Source: Octopus vulgaris
Taxonomy: Eukaryota
Length of the DNA: 64,000 nt
Reading direction: 5' to 3'
Assembly (NCBI GenBank): GCA_951406725.2
Contig: OX597830.1
Span: 71,920,001-71,984,000 of the forward strand
The first letter of the stretch is position 1; each line of letters opens with the position of its first letter. Positions 26,671-42,301 of the stretch are shown here, piece by piece. Made by a program: the position numbers and the translations under genes. The notes beneath the pieces were generated by a model. The model made no database searches, had not been told where the DNA came from, and saw only the letters and a program-made list of their open reading frames with translations.

Positions 26671-27620
26671 CCTAGGATTCTTGTATTAATTCAAACACCT
26701 ACTTTAATTCCATTCGCATCTAGAATGCTTTATGTGAATGCGTAAGAACTCAAACGCTTAATAGATAATTTATTTTATCCGCCTTCAGAAGTTATGAAAG
26801 ACACAACTTCTCTTGGTAGATTCTGAACTTAGAATGTAAATATCCGTAACTATGTATCGCAGCCATTTTGAAACATGCTCTAACAATCGTATCATATCAA
26901 TTCAGCGCCCTGTTATTTCCTACACGGTATCTAAAACATAATATATTCACATTACTTTATCAAACCACAATAAAGAACGTCTCTATACGATATGTGGAAT
27001 ATATTTAATGCCAATTCATATTTACAATGCAATTACGGAGCAAATATATTGTCACGGACGTATAAGTGATATATCTAATATAAGGACTACTCTTAAATGA
27101 TACAGAATATATCTGATGCAAATTGGTTTCAGGAAATCTTTTTGAAGCAGAAACGTTTGCAGCTGGTTATTTAACATATATATACACCTGTGTTATATTT
27201 GAAGATCTCTCACGTCTAGATTACGGTACTTCTTTCTCCAAACAGAATCAAAATTATATTAATATTGGGACTAAGTGTTTGAATGAAATGACAACTAAAC
27301 TATAATAAATGTCAGATTTTAGAATGAGAGTGTGCTTGTCAGTCCGCCTAGATAGAAAGCAAGCAATTATGTTAACTATTGCTGGTCAATGAGAGGAAGT
27401 GAGGTAGAGAAAGAGAGAGGGTAGCTCAAAGATAGGGAGAAAGAAATATAGAGATTAAGATTAAGGGAAATGAAAAGATAGATCGAAAGAACGAAGTAAA
27501 AGAAAAAGAGGAAATTGTTCGGAGCAAAAATGAGAGCCTGCAAGTGGTTATAAGTTTTGCTAGAAATTGCTGAATATCTTCCTCGAATGCTGCTCTAACC
27601 TCTTTGATAAGCAAAGAAGA

Positions 27621-27704
<84 letters not shown>

Positions 27705-27744
27705 ATATATATACATACATACATACATATATATATATACATAA

Positions 27745-27785
<41 letters not shown>

Positions 27786-28035
27786 TATATGACACTTTGA
27801 TTTCTTTCCTTATGACTCTTCAACGGTTTTATCTATCTTATTTTCTGCCGAATAACTTTTTTTTCCCCACATTTCATATATTGACCACATTTTGCATCTT
27901 GAGCTCCCCTACCTTCTCAAAATCTCTGAAAATTATTTATAATTTTTCATAAATTCGACAACGAAAGAAACCGCTGAAAAATGAGAATGAAAAAAAAATT
28001 GTAGATTTCTGCGGTCCAGCATGGTGAATGTATAC

Positions 28036-28090
<55 letters not shown>

Positions 28091-28097
28091 ATATATG

Positions 28098-28132
<35 letters not shown>

Positions 28133-28137
28133 ATCTA

Positions 28138-28207
<70 letters not shown>

Positions 28208-28256
28208 CTGGCACATATATAGATGCATAAGTTTATGTATGTATAAATATGTAATA

Positions 28257-28460
28257 TTCGTAGCCACTTCAACTAGACTGTCCGTTCGAACGGATTTTAC
28301 TGCAATTTTTTAACCCCAGGAGGACATCTCTTCTCTTCTTTTCTTGGGGTAAAAAAATCGCAGTAAAATCCTTTCGAGCGGACAACCATGTTAAGTGGCT
28401 ATGAACGTTATCTGTTAGTACAACAACTGCATTGTTCTCAAAGGGAGATTTTAAAACTAT
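28257..28460. mobile_element. (TA)n-associated fold-back element
   Basis: 28257-28321 pairs with 28342-28405. Confidence 0.6.
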
Positions 28461-28534
28461 ATATATATATGTATATATATGTATATAAATCTAGTAATTT
28501 TAACACTTACCTTACATCTTTTCTCTACGATTGG

Positions 28535-28671
28535 AAGAAGAAGAAGAAGAAGAAGAAGAAGAAGAAGAAGAAGAAGAAGAAGAAGAAGAAGAAGAAGAAG
28601 AAGAAGAAGAAGAAGAAGAAGAAGAAGAAGAAGAAGAAGAAGAAGAAGAAGAAGAAGAAGAAGAAGAAGAA
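28535..28671. repeat. Pure (GAA)n microsatellite, about 45 units
   Basis: Direct reading. Confidence 0.97.
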
Positions 28672-28811
28672 TTTAAAAAAAAATTAGTTATGTCGTGCTG
28701 ACGAGTCCATATGGGAAACGAAATAGTGCTAGTCACGACTGGCAGATTCATAAAAAATCTTATCGTATGGATAGGAACAGCAAAATTTGTATAAATAGAT
28801 ATCTCTTTCTT

Positions 28812-29059
28812 TGCGCCCTTTTAAAGCCTAACCAGGCTCATTGGCCCGGTTTCCTGGTTTCAATGGCGTATGTGTTTCCCAGCTGGATGGGACGCCAGTC
28901 CATCGCAGCGTTACTCATTTTTGCCAGCTGAGTGGACTGGAGCAACGTGAAATGAAGTGCTTTGCTCAAGAACACAACGCGTCGCCCGGTCCGGGAATCG
29001 AAACTACAATCTTATGATCATGATGCTGATACCCTAAACACTAAGCCACGCGCCTCCAC
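28812..29059 (-). mobile_element. tRNA-derived SINE, family A2
   Basis: Reverse complement of 54609-54855; head GTGGAGGCGCGTGGCTTAGTG…TTTCGATTCC. Confidence 0.9.
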
Positions 29060-29074
29060 ATAAATAGATACACT

Positions 29075-29472
29075 TACTCTTTTACTTGTTTCAGTCATTT
29101 GACTGTGGCCATGCTGGAGCACCGCCTTTAGTCGAGCAAATCGACCCCAGGACTTATTCTTTGTAAGCTCAGTACTTATTCTATCGGTCACTTTTGCCGA
29201 ACCGCTAAGTGACGGGGACGTAAACACACCAGCATCGGTTGTCAAGCAATGCTAGGGGGCAAAACACAGACAGACAAACATATATACACACATATATATA
29301 TATACATATATACGACAGGCTTCTTTCAGTTTCTGTCTACCAAATCCACTCACAAGGCATTGGTCGGCCCGGGGCTATAGCAGAAGACACTTGCCCAAGG
29401 TGCCACGCGGTGGGACTGAACCCGGAACCATGTGGTTGGTAAGCAAGCTACTAACCACACAGCCACTCCTGC
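29075..29472 (-). mobile_element. SINE family C, young full-length copy (possibly an octopus CORE-type SINE)
   Basis: Head GCAGGAGTGGCTGTGTGGT…GGTTCAGTCCC, CORE-like CCTTGGGCAAGT, internal (TA/TG)n, tail ACAAGTAAAAGAGTA. Confidence 0.9.
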
Positions 29473-29908
29473 TCATTATTATTTAATGAAATTTGAAATT
29501 TCTCAAAATGCTTAAAGCTAAAACCGATTCGTTCCTGAGCAGCGGTTGATCCCCAAACACATACACAAATGCACACACACACGCACACAAACACACACAT
29601 GTATACATATGTATGTAGGTGGGTAGGTATGCATATATATAAATATCTATGTAGGCATGTATTTAGATTGGCGTCGGTTTGGCTGTGTTCTTGTAAAAGT
29701 AGCTATGCAACCATATGGTTCCAGCTTTGATCAAACAATGAACCATCATCCAAAATACCATCAATTATAGCTTTGTACATATACTGTACCTCAGCAATTT
29801 TAGACTGGAATTTGGTTGGTGGAATTTAAACATATATATGTGTGTGTATTGTGTGTATTGTGTGTCTGTGAACAACGTATTTATGTTGTTTAAATGTATA
29901 TGTATGTA

Positions 29909-29983
<75 letters not shown>

Positions 29984-30074
29984 TATGTATATATATGTAT
30001 ATGTATGTGTGTGTATAAACGCACCCACACACACTAAGTCTTATCTTTATATATATTTCAACATAACTTTCCAT

Positions 30075-30131
30075 CTGTCCATCTACCTATGTACTTACCT
30101 ACCTACCTACCTACCTACCTACTTACCTTAC

Positions 30132-30198
<67 letters not shown>

Positions 30199-30199
30199 A

Positions 30200-30294
<95 letters not shown>

Positions 30295-30312
30295 CCTATC
30301 TATCTATCTATA
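30075..30312. repeat. (TACC)n/(TATC)n tetranucleotide microsatellite
   Basis: Direct reading. Confidence 0.95.
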
Positions 30313-30744
30313 TGTGACACTTTGATTTGTTTTTTGTTCTTCTTATGAATGCTTTCCGATTGTTTTTTTTATTTCTTCACATTTTTATATGAGGTGTGAA
30401 TATAAACATGGCGTCTAAAATTAATTGAAGACGTTCTTGGTTGTGTTTATATTCTTTCATCTCTCTCTCCCCCTCCTCTCTCTCTCTCTCTCTCTCTCTT
30501 ATATATTTCTTTAGCTATTTATTGATACAATCTATTCAATGCGAAAAAAAAAAAAAAGAGCGCTTCGGTGTTAGATTTTACAGCTATAGCCTCTACGCCT
30601 TATAACAAAGGTATTGCCAAAACGTCACTCGTTTTATGACCACTTTTGTTGTTATTATTTCTGTTATATGGCTTCGTGTAGCAGAATCACACCATGGTCA
30701 GCTGCACAGAGACCAGGACTGCGTATGTTTTTCGTAGCATGTAT

Positions 30745-30776
<32 letters not shown>

Positions 30777-31217
30777 ACACACACACACACATATATAATA
30801 TAAGAGCACGAATGTATATAACTATATATATCTATATATACATACATACATACATACATATATATATATACATGTATATGTATATATATATATATACATA
30901 CATACATACAAGCATACATACATACAGCGCAGATGAGCGCAGAATTATTGCAGTGTATGTATATAAAACAGTTATAAGATATACATATCAAATCTCTTGG
31001 TCTGCTTCTTAGAAATACAAGTTATATAGCCATGGGAACGCTTTCTGCGATCTTAAACATGGCAATATGTATATAGATCTTGTTATATATCCATATAGTT
31101 AAGAGCGTCTTGGAGCCACGTTGATCTTTTTTTAGGTCTGCTTCGAACAGAACTGACTTGAAATCGAATAATTTACATCGAGAGACATAAGAACCACTAA
31201 AATCCTGACAAATTCAC

Positions 31218-31226
31218 TATCATCAC

Positions 31227-31266
<40 letters not shown>

Positions 31267-31360
31267 GTCATCATCATCGTCATCATCATCGTCATCATCA
31301 TCATCATCATCATCATCATCGTCGTCGTCGTCAACATCATCATCGTCGTCGTCGTCAACG

Positions 31361-31391
<31 letters not shown>

Positions 31392-31474
31392 CATCATCAT
31401 CGTCGTCATCATCATCGTCATCATCATCATCATCATCATCGTCGTCGTCGTCATCATCATCATCATCATCATCG

Positions 31475-31515
<41 letters not shown>

Positions 31516-31879
31516 GTCGTCGTCGTCAACATCATCATCATCGTCGTCGTCGTTATCATCATCATCATCATCATCATCATCATCGTCGTCGTCGTCGTCT
31601 TCGTCGTCGTCGTCGTCGTCGTCGTCGTCTCAGTCGTCATTGCTGCCGCCGTTATTGTCGTCGCTGTCATCGTCGTCGTCGTCACCGTCGTCTCTGGTAC
31701 CATCAACTTCGTCATCATCTCAGTCGATGCCGTTAATACCATTAGAAACATTATAATCATCGTCATCATCTTCATCACTTCGAACATCATCGCCACGAAA
31801 GTCGGTGCCGCCCAAACTCATCATCATCATCATCATCATCAATATCACCTGCACCAGCACCACCACCAGCACCAGCGCC

Positions 31880-31913
<34 letters not shown>

Positions 31914-31995
31914 TCTTCATCATAATAATTGTCATCACCATATAATCATCATCATCATCATCCTCCTCCTCCTCATCATCATCATCCTCATCGTT
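31218..31995. repeat. Long (CAT/CGT/CAC)n compound microsatellite
   Basis: Direct reading; source of the poly-M/T ORFs. Confidence 0.95.
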
Positions 31996-32081
31996 AATTT
32001 TATCATCTTGATCTCCTCATCCTTGGAAAACAAACAACATTAATAGTTTCATTTTTTGTTTAGAAGTCAATAAAATAGGAC

Positions 32082-32148
<67 letters not shown>

Positions 32149-32964
32149 TGCAGAGAAATATTGCACACTTCGTCATCAATAACTTGATGTATTCGATTGA
32201 ATCTCTAATCGACAATTTATGTTCATCTATATTTTACCACCATCAAACAGCATCTATGATATTAATAATTTGTATTACATTAACACAGTACCTTTGTAAG
32301 ACAGCTGAAAGGCCAAATATTTCTTCGCACCTCACCATAATAATGACTGAATGTATTTATTGATCGGCGCTGGATCGATCAATATTGAAGCGTAACCCGG
32401 ACGTATTTGAACTCAGAAGGAAGAGGTATGTTTACAAATATTATAATTATTGTTGTTGGTGTTGTTCTGGTGGTTGTGCTGTTTGTTGTTGTTGTGGATC
32501 ACTTCATCTTTCTTCTTTTTCTCCTTCTTTTTCTTCTTCTATTACTATTTCTTGTTGTTTTACTTCATCATTATTAGGGATTTTGTCTAGAGATTTGATG
32601 CCAGCGAATCTTATTAATCTCATCTAAATGCCTTAGGAATCTTGCAAGCATGTGTTCAACCTTTGCTACTACTGTTATTATTCTTGTTGTTGTTGTTGTA
32701 ATCATTATATTATTATTATTATTAATATCATTATTATTTATCTTTCTTCTTGATATTGATTTCAAATTTTGGCAAAAGACCTGCAGTGCTCAACTGGTAC
32801 TTAACTTATCGACCCCCGAGACGATGAAATGCAACGTCGGCCTCAGAAGAATTTTATCTCAGGACGTAAAGAGAGACTTATTGCCGCAACGCATTGTGCT
32901 CGGCGTTCTATCAATTGTACCACCTCACCGCCCTATTTTTCCCTCTTAATATTATTTTCAGAAT

Positions 32965-33570
32965 CATTATCATGCCTGGCAACATGCTTAGCAATATTTC
33001 ATTCGTCTTTACGTTCTGCCCTCGAATTTCGCTGAGGTTTACTTTGCCTTTCATCATTTGAGAATTGCAGAAATAAGTACGATTTACGCACAAGGATCGA
33101 TATAATCGACTAATCTCCTGCCCAGAAATTGCAGGCATTGTCCTAAAATTTGAAACCATTATTATTAAAGCAGTGAGCAGGAACAATCGTTAGCATGTCG
33201 GGCGAAATGCTTAACGGTATTTCTTCTGCCGATACGTTCTGAGTTCAAATTCCGCCGAGGTCGACTTCGCCTTTCATCCTTTCAGGGTCAATAAATTAAG
33301 TACCAGTTACGCACTGGGATCGATATAATCGACTTAATCCGTTTGTCTGACCTTGTTTGTCCTCTCTGTGTTTAGCCCCTTGTGGGTAGTAAAGAAATAG
33401 GTATTTCGTCCATCTTGTGTTTCTGAGTTCAAATGACGCCGAGTTAAACTGTCTTCCTTTCATCATTTCGGGGTCTATAAAATACGTACCAGTTGAACAC
33501 TGGGGTCGAAGTAATCAACTCATCCCTTCCCCCAAAATTGCTGTTCATGTGGCAAAATTTGAAACTATTA

Positions 33571-33614
<44 letters not shown>

Positions 33615-33845
33615 GCTATTATTACTGAAAGCATGTGAACTCGCAGAATCGTTAGCACGCCGGGCGAAGTGCTTAGCAGTATTTCACTCGTCACTACGTT
33701 CTGAGATCAAATTCCGCCGAGGTAGACTTCACCTTTCATACTTTAGGGGTCGATAAAATAAGTACCAGTTGAACACTGGGGTCATGTAATCGACTCATCT
33801 CTTCCCCACCCCAAATTGCTGCCTTTGTGGAAAAATTTGAAATCA
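32965..33845 (+). mobile_element. Tandem cluster of about four SINE B copies separated by ATT-rich tails
   Basis: Repeated gttctgagttcaaattc/ctttcatc…gtcgataaa modules starting near 32970, 33170, 33405 and 33630. Confidence 0.85.
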
Positions 33846-33848
33846 TTA

Positions 33849-33906
<58 letters not shown>

Positions 33907-33953
33907 CATTATTATTATCATTATTATTATTATTATCACCATTATTATTGTTG

Positions 33954-33989
<36 letters not shown>

Positions 33990-34805
33990 TCGTTGTTGTT
34001 GTTAAGTTGATGACGATGTCTAGCAATTGTGATTTAACATCCTTCGAATATTCAGATAACTTATAGATAGGTTCTAATATCTTTGTTACCACGGATATTC
34101 TTTTAAGATAAAATAAAATCGAATAGTTACAGGGATATTTAACCAGTTTCGTAATAATAAAGGAGTGAAATCGAACCTGTGCGTGTGTTAATAATATTGG
34201 CGTAACGACACTCTTTAGACTCAAATATGTACAGCTTTCTTTGTAACATAGATACCATGGAAAAATTTTCATGTTATTAAAATACAGTATCATTACAATC
34301 CTTAGTCGCTATCTAAGGAAACATTATTACTGTAATTAAAAGTCAGATTTTAAAAATAAACTTTCATTATTAAATGAGCAATTGTTATTTATGAAAAACA
34401 AAGTTTTGATATCTACTTATAACAAAATTAAAATAGTTTAATGAAGAGTCTTTTCGTTGATGTCTTCAAACCCGAATCTCCAGAAATGCTTTCGAGGGCA
34501 TAAAACAATACAAACAATAACAGGTGAATTATAGAAGGAAAACCGTTTAACAGAAAATGACTTTCATGTGTATTGTTCGTTCTAGGATGATCTGTCAGAT
34601 ATACAACTGACAGATTTCAGGTGCTTAAAATACATATCTCTTAACGTCCTGAGTTAAAATTCTGCTGAGGTCGACTTCGTATTTCATTGTCTCGGGGTCG
34701 ATAAGTTAAGTACCATTTGAGCACTGCTGACCTTTTGCCAAAATTTGAAATCAATATCAAGAAGAAAGATAAATAATAATGATATTAATAATAATAACAA
34801 TAATA

Positions 34806-34878
<73 letters not shown>

Positions 34879-34987
34879 TAATAATATTGTTATTAATATT
34901 ATTATTATTATCATTATTATTATCATTATTATTATTATTATCACCATTATTGTTATTGTTGTTGTTGCTGCTGCTGTTGTTGTTGTT

Positions 34988-35150
34988 TTCCATTTCTTGC
35001 CGCGTGTCTTCACGACTCCTAGGGCAAAGAAACTCATAGTATACATTAGTTTAATGGCTTACCAATGTATACTATGAGATTCTTTACCCTAGGAGTCGGG
35101 AAGACACTCGGCAAGAAATGGAAGCAAATTTGAAAGAAGAAGAAAAAAAA
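34988..35150. mobile_element. Fold-back (inverted pair) of an R4/Dong-like LINE 3' tail in an AAT microsatellite
   Basis: 34988-35047 pairs with 35064-35123 (60-bp arms, 16-nt loop); right arm runs into GAAAGAAGAAG-(AAT)n. Confidence 0.6.
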
Positions 35151-35379
35151 TAATAGTAATAATAATAATAATAATAATAATGATAATAATATTAATAATA
35201 ATAATGTAATGATAACAACAAAAATAACAACAATAACAACAGTAATAGCAAACGTTGAACGCCTGACTGCAAGATTCCTAAAGCATTTAGCTGAGAGGTG
35301 ATCTATCCGTTCCTAGATATCAGTCAAGAGAAAAGAAGAATGGAGGAGAAAGAACTGGTTTCACTTCAAAGTGACAATG

Positions 35380-36860
<1,481 letters not shown>

Positions 36861-37207
36861 AGTCCTTCCTTTTGTCATTCGGCGTGGAAAATATGACTTG
36901 GCACTAACGGAAAAGTAATTTCTCGATCGATATTTTTTCAGACATCTCCTTTGGAAAACTTGAGGATATCTCTCAAATGATAAGAGACAAAGAATATAGG
37001 TTGGTCGATTTCAAACATTTTATACATGAAATTTTTTCGATAGTATGGCTACAACTAACCAGAGAGGACATGGCACTTGAAAAGCCAATCTAATTAAAAA
37101 TAACTGCACAGAACAAAAGACAAATTTAATGACGCAGCAAAGCGTAAAAATTCAACAAAGAGAAGAAAATAACGATTTGTTTTAACGAAAACACTATTAA
37201 TAATGTA

Positions 37208-37773
37208 TTGGGTTGTCCAGATAGTTCGTGCCGATTTTTAAAGGAAAGATAAAGGTCAATAAATACTTGCCGTTACATTTTTAATCAACCAAATATGGAC
37301 CATTTTGTTGCACAATGCGTCTCTATCTTTCCTTTAACTTGAAAATACCCTCTTCCCACAATTGATGGGTTTTCATAGCAAAGTATTCATCAAGGTATCT
37401 TTTTACGTCATCCAAGGAATTGAAATTTTTACCATTAAGACTATTCTGCAGAGACCTGAATAAGTGGAAATCCGAAGGAGCAATATCTGGTGAATATGGA
37501 GAGTGGGGTAACACATCCCAGCCGAGCTGCAGTAATTTTTGTCTGGTTCACAAAGCATGAAGTGCCGAAAATGAAATTTCTTATCTTCCATTTCAAAGGG
37601 TTACAGAATTAACACAGGTTATAGGAACATTAACCGTTTTCCACGAAAAGATAGCTTAAACTGTGCTCTAAATGGAGGTGTAGTCAAATCCTATTTTATG
37701 GACTCAACCATATTCTAAAATAAGTCGAAAGGTAAGCTGCTATATATCGGTACGAACTTTCCGGACGACTCAA
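37208..37773 (-). mobile_element. Internally deleted mariner (mellifera-like) with TIRs and TA TSD
   Basis: TIRs TTGGGTTGTCCAGATAGTTCGTGCCGA / reverse complement TTGAGTCGTCCGGAAAGTTCGTACCGA, with TA on both sides; MEDKKFHFRHFML joined to LPHSPYSPDIAPSDFHLFRSLQNSLNGKNF. Confidence 0.95.
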
Positions 37774-38049
37774 TAGATACTAGTTACAATATGTTAAACA
37801 ACCTAACAAACACGAAAACATTTACTTAGTCAAATAATTAAAACATTCGAAAATATATTAGTTTCAAATTTTCTTATTGATACCAGCAAGTAATTTTGTG
37901 TGTGCGTTACTTAACCGAAGATATATTTACAGGAAAAGTATTTAAAATGACATTCTTTTCTGGGTACTTTTATTCAACTAATAGATAAATGTTAAGCTTA
38001 TACATGCACCTCTGCATCACCAAACATATGTATGTACTTCTATGTCACC

Positions 38050-39418
38050 TACGATTTAAATCTTAGGGCATTACGAAGAGGAAAGCTTTGTGTCACACAC
38101 GTTCCTCTACACTGCTGTAGTTGACAATATACGAAGATTACAGTAAAAAATGTTAGCAAGCAGGTTTACTCGCCCTCACCTGACCGGCGCAGTAGGAATA
38201 GGTTGTGAGTTCCAGGGTAACCAAAAAACAGCTTTTAGTCGGATGTGGCTCAATAATATGAGTGGAAAAAATCATAGAACCATACTAGTGATTTACACAT
38301 CATGACTGGAAGAAATGCATTGTGAGTATTATAGCATCACAGAAGGTGTAGCTGCTATACATACGTTACTTCGCTCTATCTACAGCCTTTCTAGAAGAAC
38401 ATGAGAAGCGAAGGTTCCTGCTGTAACTGTACTGTCGCTAACATCATAGGCTGTAGACACCACTATGGTCAGAGGACTTTTCTCGTCATCAGTTTCTCAA
38501 AAATTGATAACCAAGAAGCAAACAATACAAAGCTGTGGGGATTTCTCCCAGCATTACAATCCCAACGTCTCGCAATGAAGAAAAGAAAATGAGAAAAGGA
38601 ACAGAAACAAATATGGCAAAGTATCTGCTTAGTGAAAGAGGCAAAAAAGACCCCCCGAAAAAAAAAAGGTAGATCGCATTTGGAAGGTGGATATCAGCGG
38701 ATAAGAATAGCATAGGGTGTCTAGAATTTCAACCACTGGGCCACAAAGTTCAGGAATTTATGATATGCACTAAATCTGAATAGAATAAACAGGATGCATA
38801 GAGATGAACCGGCTAACGGTAGCTAAAGCCGCAGATATTGTTGTAAGCTCGGATTAGGAGGCTTGGTCTTCTGGAGTTGGGATTTTCTGAATTGAGCTTT
38901 TGGAGAAATAATTGTAGAATATAAAAGATAAATATACTATATATATATCAATAATAGACAACAACAAATTACTGGGGTACCTGTTCAGAAGATTAAAACA
39001 TTGTTGTAAAGAACTTCGAATCTGACGTACTAGCAGCAAAAATAACCCTCGTTCATTCATTCTTTCTTTTTTGTCCTCGGCGTCAAATGCAACTTGTGTT
39101 GACAAAGTTATAGCATATGCTGTTAGACACAAAAGAATCGAAGCTATTCGTTGATTGCGATGTGGAAACAAGTCCATAGTGGAATATTTCACGGGCATCG
39201 ATGGGCGCATGATATTTAATTTCAGACACATGAGTGCATTTTTCTAGCAGCGTTTTGTACGAATTTATGGGAGTAGAGCTGGGCTTGAGATGAGAGACTT
39301 TTGCGCTTACGTTGATGACCTCTGCTCTTGGAGAGTAGACTTCTACGAAAAACTTTTAATGACAGTTGTAACATTCTTGGAGAGCGGTCGCGCAGGAGTT
39401 TATCACCCGGCTGAATTT
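38050..39418 (+). mobile_element. Highly decayed RLE-type LINE (HERO/NeSL-like?) ending at (TTC)n
   Basis: Weak ordered motifs IIGCRHHYG (~DIIG..GR), IYDM (~YDVLP), DIVVSS…LLELG (~RPDIV…ELTVP); 3' end abuts the TTC tract. Confidence 0.35.
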
Positions 39419-39570
39419 CTTCTTCTTCTTCTTCTTCTTCTTCTTCTTCTTCTTCTTCTTCTTCTTCTTCTTCTTCTTCTTCTGATTATTATTATTATTA
39501 TTATTATTACTATTATTATTATTATCATCATCATCATCATCGTCATCATCATCATCATCATCATCATCAT

Positions 39571-40310
39571 CAAGGTGGTGAGCTGGCAGAATCGTTAGCA
39601 CGCCGGGCGAAATGCTTAGCGGTATTTCGTCGGCCGCTGCGTTCTGAGTTCAAATTCCGCCGAGGTCGACTTTGCCTTTCATCCTCTCTGGGTCGATTAA
39701 ATAAGTACCAGTTACGCACTGGGGTCGAAATAATCGACTTAATCCGTTTGTCAGTCCTTGTTTGTCCTCTCTGTGTTTAGCCCCTTGTGGGTAGTAAAGA
39801 AATATGTATTTCTCTCGTTGTTGCGTTCTGAGTTAAAATTCCACCGAAGTCGACTTACCGTTCATCCTTTTATGTCGATGAAGTAAGTACCAAGTGAACA
39901 CTGGAGCCGATGTAATCGATGCATCTCCTTCCCCAAAAATTGCTGCTCTTATGGCAAAATTTAAAACCATTATGATTGTTAATGTTACTATTATTATTAA
40001 GGCGATAAGTTAGCAGAATCGTTAGCACGCCGGACAAATGCTAACTGGTATTTTGTCCGTCTTTACATACTGAATTCAAATGCCACCTCATCGACTTTGC
40101 CTTTCATCCTTTCGGGGTCGATAAATTAAGTACCAGTGAAACACTGGGCTCTATGTAACGAACTTAACCCTGCCCCCAAAATCTCGTCTTTACGTTCAGG
40201 AGTTCGAATTTCACCGAGGTCGATTTTACCTTTCATCCTTTTGAGATCAATAAATACTGGGTTCGATTCTCCGAAAATCTTAGACCTTGTGCCTTTAGTA
40301 GAAAGGATTG
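39571..40310 (+). mobile_element. Tandem cluster of SINE B copies
   Basis: Young copy 39571-39805 followed by partial or diverged copies. Confidence 0.9.
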
Positions 40311-40499
40311 TTATTATTAAGAAAACTATTATGGAAATCATTATTATGAAAATTATTATCATTATATTTAAGGAAAGACAAGAGAAGAAAGAAAAAGGTG
40401 TGACAAACGTGAAGAAGAAACAGAAGTGAGAAATATAAAAATATGACAAAAAAAACATAAAAAGACATAATGTAAAAAAATATTGAGCTAAATAACAAA

Positions 40500-40796
40500 A
40501 CCCCTCACTCCTCGTTTAGGGCACGAGGAGGGATAATATAAGGGGAAGGCGATTGTTAATGTCACCTCGCTCCCTACCCCAAACATTATTGATAAAGTAG
40601 GCAAACATGCATTGCACCCCGCCTCCACATCCAGCCCTCATCCAACTCCGGGACAGTCAGAGCCGTGACGTAATGAGCTAATATTGGAGCCAAACGGTTA
40701 GATTGATTGAAGACATCGAAGGCTGTAGACTGCATTTGGCATCGCTGTGGCATCAGCTATGAATATGAACAGACAGATTTGAAAATCAGAGTGAGT
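40500..40796 (+). promoter_or_regulatory. Candidate Pol II promoter plus first exon ending at a GTGAGT donor
   Basis: GC-richer unique island; GC box CCCCGCCTCC 40617-40626, CRE/PAR-like TGACGTAA 40666-40673, ATTGG 40683-40687, donor AGA|GTGAGT at 40790/40791. Confidence 0.4.
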
Positions 40797-41276
40797 ATGT
40801 ATATATATATATATATATGTAAATATATATACATATATATATGTATATATATATGTATATATATGCATATATGTATATGTATATGCATGTGTATATGTAT
40901 ATGTATACACATATATATGTGTGTGTATGTGTGTGTATGAATATGTGTATATATGTTTGTATATATGTGTATATATATATATATATGTATATATATGCAT
41001 ATATGTATATGTATATGCATGTGTGTATGTATATGTATACACACATATATATATGTGTGTATGTGTGTGTATGAATAAGTATATAAACGTTTGTATATAT
41101 GTGTATATATATGTATGTGCGAGTGTGTATGTATATAGGTGTATATATGTATATATTTAAGAGACATTATTTTTCTATGTATGTATAAGAAAGTGTATCT
41201 AGCACTACTTTCAGATCGTTCAGCATCTCTTTCTCTCTCTCGCTCTCTCTCTCTCACTCACTCCCTCTCTCTCTCC

Positions 41277-41354
<78 letters not shown>

Positions 41355-41683
41355 CAGTGTGTGTGAGTGTGCGTGTATGCGACAGTGTATATTCCTGTAA
41401 ATTCCTAAAACAATATATACACAAATTATGTTTATGAAAAAAGAGAAAGAGAGAAATGGGGAGGGAGAGATAAGAGAGAATGAGAGACAGAGAGAGAGAG
41501 AGAGAAAGAGACAGACAGACAGACAGAAAGAGAGTGAGAGAGACCGAGAAAATATAGAAGTGAAATATAAACACAAATACGTGTATATATGCCTGATATG
41601 GAACTGGCTAAAATATGTGATATTGTCAAAATGAGCAACTAAAACAATGAAAGCGGTGCACCGGCTTAGTCGCAGTTCAACAT

Positions 41684-41743
<60 letters not shown>

Positions 41744-41803
41744 TACATATTTTTTCTGTCTGTCTATATATCTATTTATCTATCTATCCATTCATCTGCC
41801 TGT

Positions 41804-41983
<180 letters not shown>

Positions 41984-42083
41984 CATACATTCATACATAC
42001 ATACATACAAAGATATACACTATAGATGCATGTATATATATATATGTGTGTATATATTCTTATATATCCATACATACATATAT

Positions 42084-42141
<58 letters not shown>

Positions 42142-42218
42142 ACATGCATATATATATATATATATATTTACATACATACATATATATTATATATATATGT
42201 ATTTATAGATAGATAGAC

Positions 42219-42301
<83 letters not shown>

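Noticed and set aside
32965-33845. Regularly recurring motifs suggesting a CRISPR-like array
   Set aside because: These are tandem SINE copies with homologous rather than unique spacers, in eukaryotic DNA with no cas genes.
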